NCBI GenBank assembly: GCA_045592945.1
Contig: JAZNVT010000025.1
Location: forward strand, 45,655-109,654
Direction of reading: 5' to 3'
Length of the DNA: 64,000 bases
Source: Acutalibacteraceae bacterium
GTDB lineage: Bacteria; Bacillota; Clostridia; Oscillospirales; Acutalibacteraceae
The translations under genes were made by a program, and so were the position numbers. Below are positions 56,007 through 64,000 of this stretch, in pieces (the stretch's first letter is position 1; every line of letters begins with the position of its first letter). A model generated the notes under the pieces. That model saw nothing but the letters and a program-made list of their open reading frames with translations. It was not told the DNA's origin and made no database searches.

Positions 56007-57614
56007 TTAAGGTAATTTAATGTTTTTCCAATCTGATACATTACATTGACCATATTCATTATCGCCAACAGCTACAAGTGTACCATTTTTTCTTAAATAA
56101 ACTGTATGGCTATCTCCGGCAGAAACGTCTGTTAAATTCGATAAACCGGATATTTCGCACTGTCCTTTACTATTCAATCCGACTGCACCGGCTTTGCCAT
56201 TTGAAAATACGACTGCGGTATGATATCGTCCGGCAGAAATTGCAACCACATTGCCTGCACCATCTACTTCACATTGACTATAATACTTATTCAAGTTTTT
56301 ATACGGTGTTTCAAATTCAGTTGCAATAAGGGTACCGTCATTTTTTAGACCAATTGAATGTTGATACCCTACAGAAACATCCTTAATATCGGTCCATTCC
56401 TCCACATCGGCTTCTCCACAATCCATTACGTTTCCAGAAACTCCAACAAGCGAATCATCAGCTTTGATTAATACAACAGTAGATTCCCCCCCAACAGAAA
56501 AATCAACAACACAATCCATAGTGTAAAGGTCACCCAAAAAAAATGTGAAACCACAAAGTACAATAGTTCCGTCACTTTTTAATCCTACAGTTATATTGTC
56601 GCCTGCATCGATAGCAACGATATCTGTCCATTCCTCAACTTTGCATTGTTCGCTTTCATTATTCCCTATTGCAACAACAGTACCATCTGATTTTAAACCT
56701 ACTGTATGATTACCTCCAGCAGCAACAGATACAATATCTGTCCAATCGGATACATTGCACTGCATAAAAGAATTATCACCCGTTGCAAGCACCGTGCCCG
56801 ACGTAGTTAGCGCCACTGTGTGTTTACTACCGGCATCAAAAGTTGTTTTTTCAGAAAGCTTATCCCAAAGTGCAAAACTTCTATCACGGCTATCTTCATA
56901 ATCTCCGGCAATACCATAATACATTGCAGCATAACTATAAACTCCGTTCATTTCATACTCATTAGCTAATGAGTATGCCGTAACCTTTGCAACATCGTTA
57001 TACATATTTCTCAAAATGTACTGAGCGAATGAGTGGTTTCCACGGGCAGCGATTTCGGTCGAAACAGATGCTACAACCGCAGCTTCTTTGTTATCTAAAT
57101 CTTCTCTATTGTAAACCCAGTTTGAGAAAATACTATCAATTTCATCATATTTTCCCTCATCAACCATATCACTAAGACATTCTTCCATCAATTCGTAACT
57201 GCGTTCGATTTTAGCCAAACGCAGATATATTATAGCACCCTGATAATCACCCTTTGCTAAGTCTTGTTCTGCACGCTTATGATATTGCATTGGCTTGATA
57301 ACAGTTGGATATAAAATCAATAATATACCTGCCAAAATAGCGATACTTACTGCAATACCGATAAATACTTTTTTCTTTTTATCAGTTGTGCTTTGGCTAT
57401 TGTTATTTTTTAAATCCTTGATATCAGTCTTTTCGCAATCTTCTTCAACACTGTCAACATCAACATCAAGAATCTCTTCTTCTAAGATTGAATCAGCAGC
57501 TATACAATTGTTTTCTTCATTTGGGATTTTTGTTCCGCATTTACTGCAGAAAATAATTTCTTGGTCATCAGGCACCGAAAAAACATTGCCACATGAGCCA
57601 CATAAAACTTTCAT
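56007..57614 (-). CDS. Zinc-ribbon / TM / RCC1-repeat (beta-propeller) protein
   Basis: N-terminal CGSCGN..CSKCG, one TM, a helical region, then repeated GxxHTVxLxxDGTVxAxGxNxxGQC units. Confidence 0.8.
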   Translation of the reverse strand: MKVLCGSCGNVFSVPDDQEIIFCSKCGTKIPNEENNCIAADSILEEEILDVDVDSVEEDCEKTDIKDLKNNNSQSTTDKKKKVFIGIAVSIAILAGILLILYPTVIKPMQYHKRAEQDLAKGDYQGAIIYLRLAKIERSYELMEECLSDMVDEGKYDEIDSIFSNWVYNREDLDNKEAAVVASVSTEIAARGNHSFAQYILRNMYNDVAKVTAYSLANEYEMNGVYSYAAMYYGIAGDYEDSRDRSFALWDKLSEKTTFDAGSKHTVALTTSGTVLATGDNSFMQCNVSDWTDIVSVAAGGNHTVGLKSDGTVVAIGNNESEQCKVEEWTDIVAIDAGDNITVGLKSDGTIVLCGFTFFLGDLYTMDCVVDFSVGGESTVVLIKADDSLVGVSGNVMDCGEADVEEWTDIKDVSVGYQHSIGLKNDGTLIATEFETPYKNLNKYYSQCEVDGAGNVVAISAGRYHTAVVFSNGKAGAVGLNSKGQCEISGLSNLTDVSAGDSHTVYLRKNGTLVAVGDNEYGQCNVSDWKNIKLP

Positions 57615-57771
57615 AAAATTCTTTCCTTACATAAAAATATTATAGATTTATTAGCTCAAATAAAATTTCTCTTTATTATATACAGCTATATAAATATACA
57701 TAATAATTATGAACTGATTTGCAGTTTTTTCAATTCGCATTTACAACAAAAAAATGGGGCTATTTTTGACA

Positions 57772-57800
57772 TAAAAACACTACCTGCAAAGAGGTAGTGT
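57772..57800 (-). terminator. Terminator downstream of the duplicated RCC1 fragment
   Basis: ACACTACCT-gcaaag-AGGTAGTGT with a T-run on the minus strand. Confidence 0.5.
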
Positions 57801-57838
57801 AAAAATAAATTTTTTAAATTTGTTGAGGCTTATCTACT

Positions 57839-58041
57839 TTAAGGTAATTTAATGTTTTTCCAATCTGATACATTACATTGACCATATTCATTATCGCCAA
57901 CAGCTACAAGTGTACCATTTTTTCTTAAATAAACTGTATGGCTATCTCCGGCAGAAACGTCTGTTAAATTCGATAAATCGGATATTTCGCACTGTCCTTT
58001 ACTATTCAATCCGACTGCACCGGCTTTGCCGTTAGAAAATA
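57839..58041 (-). pseudogene. Orphan 3' fragment duplicating the C terminus of the RCC1-repeat gene
   Basis: About 203 nt nearly identical to 56007-56209 at a constant offset of 1832 nt. Homology stops abruptly and no upstream gene body exists. Confidence 0.8.
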
Positions 58042-58149
58042 TGGCTGATGCTGAATAAAAAATGTGTAGCATTTTTTGTGCTACACATCTTTTTTTTACA
58101 TAAAGTTTATGTTAATATTACAATGAATAAATGTTTTTGGGGAGAGACT

Positions 58150-59994
58150 ATGAAAAAAATATTTGTACAAGACAATGAAAAAAATTTAAAGTCACAAGAA
58201 CAGAATGACACGCAAAATGAGGATAAAAGAAAAGGTGAAAAGGAAAAGCGAAAAACGTCAAACGCTAAGCTTATAAAAAGATTTCTTCCCTATTACAAGC
58301 CCCATATAAAAACAATGATTTTTGATTTGTTTTGTGCGGCGCTTACAACTATATGTGAGCTTGTTTTACCTATAATGATTCGTTATATTACTGATGCGGC
58401 AACAACTGATATTGGGAAGCTTACGCCAACGGTTATACTGGGAATAGGCGGTGTTTATATCGTACTTCGTATAATAGATGCGGTTGCGGAGTATTATAAA
58501 GCCTCAATCGGTCATATTATGGGTACGAAGATTGAAACTAATATGCGAAAGGATATGTTTTCACATCTTCAGAAATTGCCGAATTCCTTCTACGACGATA
58601 CAAAGGTCGGTACGCTTATGTCGAGAATTACAAGCGACCTTTTCGACGTAACTGAATTCGCTCACCACTGTCCCGAGGAATTCTTTATCGCAGGGGTAAA
58701 AATAGTTGTTGCGTTTATTATACTTTGCTTCGTAAACGTGCCTCTTACTCTTATAATGTTTGCGGTTTTACCTGTTATGATGATTTGTCTTTCTCATTTT
58801 AATCATCAGATGAGAGAGGGCTTTAAGGAGTCGAGAGTTGTTATAGGTGAGCTTAACTCGCAAACTGAAGACAGCCTTTTGGGCGTAAGGGTTGTAAAAT
58901 CCTTTGCAAATGAGAAAATTGAAGAAAAGAAATTTAAAAGCGGTAATGAATCCTTTTTGAAAATTAAATCCGTTGTTTATAAAACTATGGGCTCATTCCA
59001 TTCTATAAACAGAGTTTTCGAAGGCTTGATGTATATAGTAGTCGTTGTGGCGGGGGCATTTTTCCTTGTAAACGGTCAGATTTCCGCGGCGGATTACGTA
59101 GCTTATCTTATGTATATTTCCGTGCTTCTTACGGCTATTAAAAGAATCGTTGAATTTGCCGAGCAATTCCAAAGAGGTATGACGGGTATTGAAAGATTCG
59201 CTGAAATTATGGATACCGAGCCTGCTATAAAGGATAAAGACGGTGCTACAGAATTAAAGGTAACCGAAGGCAGAATTGATTTTGAAAACGTATCCTTCAG
59301 ATATTCAGAGGAATCCGATGAGGTTCTTGATAACGTTAATATCAATATCGGCAGCGGTGAAAGCTATGCTCTTGTAGGTCCTTCAGGTGGCGGTAAAACT
59401 ACGATATGTAACCTTATTCCACGTTTTTACGAGTTAACCGACGGTGTTATTAAAATTGACGGTACTGATATCAGAGATGTAACTCTTAAAAGCCTTCGTG
59501 AAAATATAGGTATCGTTCAGCAGGACGTTTATCTTTTCTCGGGTACTGTAAGAGAAAATATTGAATACGGAAAGCCCGGTGCTACCGAAGAGGAAATTCG
59601 TGAAGCTGCCCGTCTTGCAGGTGCTGAAGAATTTATTGATAAGCTTCCCGACGGCTTCGATACCTACGTAGGCGAAAGAGGTGTTAAGCTTTCGGGCGGT
59701 CAGAAGCAACGAATAAGTATTGCAAGAGTATTCCTTAAAAATCCGAAAATACTTATTCTTGACGAGGCAACAAGTGCCCTTGACAACGAAAGCGAATTTA
59801 TTGTTCAAAAGTCTTTAGAAAGACTTGCAAAGGGCAGAACAACAATAACCGTTGCTCACAGACTTACTACAATTAAAAATGCTGATAAAATTCTTGTTGT
59901 TACTAAAGACGGTATTGCCGAAAGCGGTACTCATCAGGAATTATGCGACAAAAACGGCATTTATGCGAATATGTATACGATGTATAAGATATAA
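58150..59994 (+). CDS. ABC exporter, fused permease/ATPase (MsbA/multidrug type)
   Basis: Six TM segments, Walker A GPSGGGKTT, signature LSGGQKQR, Walker B ILILDEATS. Confidence 0.9.
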   Translation: MKKIFVQDNEKNLKSQEQNDTQNEDKRKGEKEKRKTSNAKLIKRFLPYYKPHIKTMIFDLFCAALTTICELVLPIMIRYITDAATTDIGKLTPTVILGIGGVYIVLRIIDAVAEYYKASIGHIMGTKIETNMRKDMFSHLQKLPNSFYDDTKVGTLMSRITSDLFDVTEFAHHCPEEFFIAGVKIVVAFIILCFVNVPLTLIMFAVLPVMMICLSHFNHQMREGFKESRVVIGELNSQTEDSLLGVRVVKSFANEKIEEKKFKSGNESFLKIKSVVYKTMGSFHSINRVFEGLMYIVVVVAGAFFLVNGQISAADYVAYLMYISVLLTAIKRIVEFAEQFQRGMTGIERFAEIMDTEPAIKDKDGATELKVTEGRIDFENVSFRYSEESDEVLDNVNINIGSGESYALVGPSGGGKTTICNLIPRFYELTDGVIKIDGTDIRDVTLKSLRENIGIVQQDVYLFSGTVRENIEYGKPGATEEEIREAARLAGAEEFIDKLPDGFDTYVGERGVKLSGGQKQRISIARVFLKNPKILILDEATSALDNESEFIVQKSLERLAKGRTTITVAHRLTTIKNADKILVVTKDGIAESGTHQELCDKNGIYANMYTMYKI

Positions 59995-60006
59995 GGAGGG
60001 CACACT

Positions 60007-60747
60007 ATGAACTATCCTACACCACATATAAACGCAATACCTGAGGATTTCGGTAAAACCGTGCTTATGCCCGGTGACCCTTTAAGAGCAAAGTTTATTG
60101 CCGAAAATTTCCTTGAGGATGCAAAATTAGTTAATAACGTTAGAGGTATTCACGGCTATACGGGGTATTATAAAGATAAAAAAATATCTGTAATGGCTTC
60201 GGGTATGGGTATGCCCTCAATCGGTATTTACAGCTACGAGCTTTTCAACTTTTTCGACGTTGATAATATTATCCGCGTAGGCTCTGCAGGGGGTATGTGC
60301 GAAAAGGTTAAGGTAAGAGATATTATAATCGCTCAGGGTGCTTGTACTGACTCTAATTATGCTCACACCTTTAATCTTCCCGGCACCTTTGCGCCTATTG
60401 CAGATTACAAGCTTTTAAAAGCGGCTGCTGATATTGCCGAGGATATGAAGCTTCCCTACGTTGTGGGTAACGTTATTTCCTCCGATACTTTCTATAACGA
60501 TAACGAAAATATCCCTAACGGAATGACCTCTGCTGACCTTTGGCGAAAAATGGGCGTTTTAGGTGTTGAGATGGAAGCGGCGGCTCTTTATATGAATGCG
60601 GCAAGAAACGGTAAAAATGCTCTTGCAATTCTTACGGTTTCCGACCATCTTGTAACGGGGGAAGCCCTTTCCTCTGATGACAGACAGAATTCATTTACGG
60701 ATATGATGAAGCTATCTCTTGAAACGGCGGTAAAATTAAGTGAATAA
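60007..60747 (+). CDS. deoD: Purine nucleoside phosphorylase, DeoD type
   Basis: PTPHINA..VLMPGDPLRAKFIAE..GMGMPSIGIYSYEL. Confidence 0.9.
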   Translation: MNYPTPHINAIPEDFGKTVLMPGDPLRAKFIAENFLEDAKLVNNVRGIHGYTGYYKDKKISVMASGMGMPSIGIYSYELFNFFDVDNIIRVGSAGGMCEKVKVRDIIIAQGACTDSNYAHTFNLPGTFAPIADYKLLKAAADIAEDMKLPYVVGNVISSDTFYNDNENIPNGMTSADLWRKMGVLGVEMEAAALYMNAARNGKNALAILTVSDHLVTGEALSSDDRQNSFTDMMKLSLETAVKLSE

Positions 60748-61867
60748 AATTAAAAGAGTTTTTCTTATCGTCCTTGACAGCTGCGGTATAGGCAACGCTC
60801 CCGACAGTAAAGACTTTGACGATGAGGGTGCAAATACTTTTCTTACTATTTCAAAATCAGATAAATTTAATATTGATACTCTTGCTTCAATCGGCTTTAC
60901 TCATATTGACGGGCTTTCTTACCTTAATAAAGGCGAGCTAAAAAGTAAGGTAGCAAGGCTTACCGAAAAATCAAAGGGTAAGGATACTACTATCGGTCAT
61001 TGGGAAATTGCAGGCGTTGTTTCAGAGAAGCCCTTGCCCGTTTTTCCCGATGGCTTTCCACAAGAAATTTTAGAAGAGTTTTCACGAAAAACGGGTAGAG
61101 GTGTGCTTTGCAATAAAGCATATTCAGGCACGGAGGTTATAAAAGACTACGGCGAGGAGCATCTGAAAACAGGTAGCCTTATAGTTTATACCTCAGCTGA
61201 TAGCGTTTTTCAGATTGCCGCCCACGAAAGCATTGTGCCACCTGAAAAGCTTTACGAATATTGCCGTATTGCAAGAGATATTTTAAAGGGCGATTTCGGT
61301 GTAGGCAGGGTTATTGCAAGACCCTTTGATGGTGAATATCCTTTTAAAAGGACACCCCGAAGACACGATTTTTCATTAGAGCCACCGAAGGAAACTATGC
61401 TTGACAGATTAAAAGAAAAAGGCTTTGACGTTATCGGCGTAGGTAAAATTAACGATATTTTCGCAGGTAAAGGCTTAACGGAATTTGTTTATACTGAAAA
61501 TAATACTGACGGTATGAATAAAACTTCCGACTATCAGAAAAAAGCTTTTAACGGTCTTTGCTTTGTAAATCTTGTTGATTTTGATATGCTTTACGGCCAT
61601 AGAAACGATATTGACGGCTACGCAAATGCATTGACTGAGTTTGATAAATGGCTTAAGGGCTTTATTGAAAATATGAATAGTGACGACGTGCTTATGATTA
61701 CTGCGGACCACGGCTGTGATCCCGGTTTTAGAGGCACAGACCATTCAAGAGAATGTGTGCCGTTTTTAGTTTACGGCGAAAAAATCGCCCCCGAAAACGA
61801 GGGTACAATAAACGGTTACGATTATATTTCAAAATGTGTTGAAAATTTGCTTGGCACAAAAAATTGA
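60740..61867 (+). CDS. deoB: Phosphopentomutase
   Basis: VFLIVLDSCGIG, GHWE and TADHGCDP. GTG start overlaps the deoD end. Confidence 0.85.
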   Translation: MNKIKRVFLIVLDSCGIGNAPDSKDFDDEGANTFLTISKSDKFNIDTLASIGFTHIDGLSYLNKGELKSKVARLTEKSKGKDTTIGHWEIAGVVSEKPLPVFPDGFPQEILEEFSRKTGRGVLCNKAYSGTEVIKDYGEEHLKTGSLIVYTSADSVFQIAAHESIVPPEKLYEYCRIARDILKGDFGVGRVIARPFDGEYPFKRTPRRHDFSLEPPKETMLDRLKEKGFDVIGVGKINDIFAGKGLTEFVYTENNTDGMNKTSDYQKKAFNGLCFVNLVDFDMLYGHRNDIDGYANALTEFDKWLKGFIENMNSDDVLMITADHGCDPGFRGTDHSRECVPFLVYGEKIAPENEGTINGYDYISKCVENLLGTKN

Positions 61868-61876
61868 GGTAGAAAA

Positions 61877-62284
61877 ATGACAGATAAAGAGCTTTATTTT
61901 GAAGCAGTAAAGGCTATGGAAAATTCATATTCACCTTATTCAAGCTGTAAGGTGGGTGCGGCTCTTCTTACGAAAAGCGGTAAGCTTTTTACGGGAACAA
62001 ATATTGAAAACGCCGCCTTTGGACCTACCGTTTGTGCGGAAAGAGTTGCTGTTTTTAAGGCTGTTTCCGAGGGTGAAAGAGATTTTTTAAAAATAGCGGT
62101 TGTAGGTGGCAAAAACGGTGAAATTAACGGTATATTTGCCCCTTGCGGAGTTTGCAGGCAGGTTTTAAGAGAATTTTGCAGCGACGATTTCGAAATCCTT
62201 TTAGGAGAAACAAAGGATAATTTCAAAAAAGTAACCCTAAAAGATTTATTACCAATTTCTTTCTCACCCGAAAACGTACAATAA
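61877..62284 (+). CDS. cdd: Cytidine deaminase
   Basis: CAERVA and PCGVCRQ zinc motifs. Confidence 0.9.
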   Translation: MTDKELYFEAVKAMENSYSPYSSCKVGAALLTKSGKLFTGTNIENAAFGPTVCAERVAVFKAVSEGERDFLKIAVVGGKNGEINGIFAPCGVCRQVLREFCSDDFEILLGETKDNFKKVTLKDLLPISFSPENVQ

Positions 62285-62303
62285 CTTACTTTGAGGTAAA
62301 ATT

Positions 62304-63605
62304 ATGCGAATTTACGATATAATAAAGAAAAAAAGAGACGGCTTTGAGCTTTCGAGGGAAGAAATTGAGTTTTTCATAAAAGGCTACGTTGACGGCTCAA
62401 TTTACGATTATCAGGCATCAGCACTTTGTATGGCAATATTCTTTAAGGGTATGACCGAAAAAGAAACGGCATACCTTACGCTTGCTATGGCAAATTCAGG
62501 TGATACTGTTGATTTATCCCGCTTCGGTGATAAGACTGTTGATAAGCATAGCACAGGCGGAGTAGGTGACAAAACTACACTTATTGTAGCTCCCATTGTT
62601 ACCTCTTTAGGCTGCGTAATGGCAAAAATGAGTGGCAGAGGCTTAGGTCATACGGGCGGTACCGTTGATAAGCTTGAAAGCATAAAGGGCTTTAACGTTG
62701 AGCTTTCACCTGAAGAGTTTTTTAATCAGGTTGAGAAAAACGGTGTAGCAGTTGTAGGTCAGTCGGGAAATCTCACCCCCGCCGATAAAAAGCTTTACGC
62801 CTTGCGTGACGTTACCGCAACGGTTGACAGTATACCTCTTATAGCATCAAGCATTATGTCAAAAAAGCTTGCCGCAGGGTCACATACGATAGTTTTGGAC
62901 GTTAAATACGGCTCGGGTGCATTTATGAAAACAGCCGAAGAGGCGGAAGTCCTTGCAACCGAAATGGTGAAAATCGGTAAAAACTGCGGTAGAAATATGG
63001 CGGCGGTTATTACTAATATGGAAAGACCGTTAGGTAAAAATATCGGCAACTCTCTTGAGGTTATCGAGGCTATTGATGTCTTAAAGGGCAACGGCCCCGA
63101 GGATTTAAAGGAGGTTTGCCTTACCCTTGCTTCTCAAATTGTTTCTCTTTGTGAAAAAATATCAGAAAGCGAAGCAAGAAGCTTGTGTGAAGATGCTTTA
63201 GCTTCAGGTAAAGCCTTCGAAAAATTCAAAGAATGGATAGCTTCACAGGGCGGTGACAGCTCTTGGATAGAAAAGACCGACCTTTTCCCGAAAGCAAAAT
63301 ATAAATTCGAAATCAAAGCTGAAAACGAGGGCTATATTTCAAAAATGGATGCGGAGAGCATCGGCATAGCATCCGTTATCCTCGGCGCAGGCAGAGAAAC
63401 AAAAGAGGATACAATAGATATGAGTGCAGGCATTGTGCTTAATAAAAAAACAGGGGATAAAATCGCAAAGGGCGATACCCTCGCAACTCTTTACACCTGC
63501 AACGAAAGCACCTTTAACTCAGCAAAGGAAAAATATTTGTCTGCTTTGGAATATTCAGAAGCCCCAATAAGCGAAAAGGCTTTAGTTTACGGCATTATAA
63601 AGTGA
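62304..63605 (+). CDS. pdp: Pyrimidine-nucleoside (thymidine) phosphorylase
   Basis: DKHSTGGVGDK and MSGRGLGHTGGT. Confidence 0.9.
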   Translation: MRIYDIIKKKRDGFELSREEIEFFIKGYVDGSIYDYQASALCMAIFFKGMTEKETAYLTLAMANSGDTVDLSRFGDKTVDKHSTGGVGDKTTLIVAPIVTSLGCVMAKMSGRGLGHTGGTVDKLESIKGFNVELSPEEFFNQVEKNGVAVVGQSGNLTPADKKLYALRDVTATVDSIPLIASSIMSKKLAAGSHTIVLDVKYGSGAFMKTAEEAEVLATEMVKIGKNCGRNMAAVITNMERPLGKNIGNSLEVIEAIDVLKGNGPEDLKEVCLTLASQIVSLCEKISESEARSLCEDALASGKAFEKFKEWIASQGGDSSWIEKTDLFPKAKYKFEIKAENEGYISKMDAESIGIASVILGAGRETKEDTIDMSAGIVLNKKTGDKIAKGDTLATLYTCNESTFNSAKEKYLSALEYSEAPISEKALVYGIIK

Positions 63606-63644
63606 TAGAAATTTTCGAAAAGAAGAAATTATCGGGAGCATAAT

Positions 63645-64000
63645 ATGAAAAAATTCTTTGAAAAATATGAAACGTTTTTTTGCATATTTCTGATTGTTTT
63701 ATATCTTGTAGCAAACTCATTGTGCTTACAAAGCTTTGGGTCTAACGATTACAGAACGGCTATTGTCAATACTCTTTTATCGCTTGGGCTGATAGGTTTG
63801 ATGATAATCTTAAAAAGAACCTCATATTACGGCTTAACAAGGGTAAAAGACCCGAAAAAGTATTTGTATTTTATACCCTTAATATTGATTGTTTCGGTTA
63901 ATGTCTGGAACGGAATCAATATAAATCACAGCTACAGTGAAATAATATTTCACACTCTTATTATGCTGAATGTGGGCTTTATTGAAGAGGTTGTTTTCCG
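63645..64000 (+). CDS. CPBP-family intramembrane protease (Abi-like), 3' end beyond window
   Basis: Hydrophobic N terminus. The EEVVFR (EExxxR) motif falls at the window edge. Confidence 0.6.
   Translation, partial: MKKFFEKYETFFCIFLIVLYLVANSLCLQSFGSNDYRTAIVNTLLSLGLIGLMIILKRTSYYGLTRVKDPKKYLYFIPLILIVSVNVWNGININHSYSEIIFHTLIMLNVGFIEEVVF

Overview
64-kb window from a low-GC Firmicutes (Clostridia-type) chromosome. A dockerin-bearing secreted enzyme, GH78, GH38 and CE15-like genes, and a CIRCE-controlled groESL suggest a Ruminococcus-like gut or rumen organism; this is inference only, since no search was possible. In order the window holds: (1) a surface-glycan-type cluster (radical SAM, two polytopic membrane proteins, epimerase, GHMP sugar kinase); (2) two esterases, a membrane HTH regulator, and a 1555-aa secreted protein with two dockerins and an esterase domain; (3) an accessory segment beside tRNA-Thr and tRNA-Tyr; (4) pepD, an OPT transporter with a PqqD-like gene, an exopolysaccharide GT/Wzy cluster, groESL, rsmA, a GH78 rhamnosidase, a UPF0237/UPF0210 pair, a PHP protein, a GPH symporter, OadB/OadG-like subunits, bioY and a GH38 operon; (5) a small-ORF cassette array with a recurring junction motif, a DABA-type aminotransferase, an RCC1-repeat protein with a duplicated 3' fragment, an ABC exporter, a deoD-deoB-cdd-pdp operon and a partial CPBP protease. 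The accessory segment carries RtcB plus a small receiver-like protein, a TM-GNAT fusion, an acyltransferase-3, and a complete C-M-M-R restriction-modification cassette with a PLD-type nuclease. That cassette is bracketed by two pairs of tRNA-3'-end-derived direct repeats and has no integrase. The most unusual signal is non-coding. A modular repeat family occupies 34862-35670 and 38841-40002, with tail-only relatives at 16965-17111 and 24020-24162. Its ~450-nt core has nested long-range helices, and several hairpins are conserved in position but not in sequence between copies. It looks like either a large ornate structured RNA or a structured non-autonomous mobile element, and I could not match it to any family from memory. 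No CRISPR array, transposase, integrase or prophage was seen. All product calls rest on motif recognition in the translations, not on database searches.
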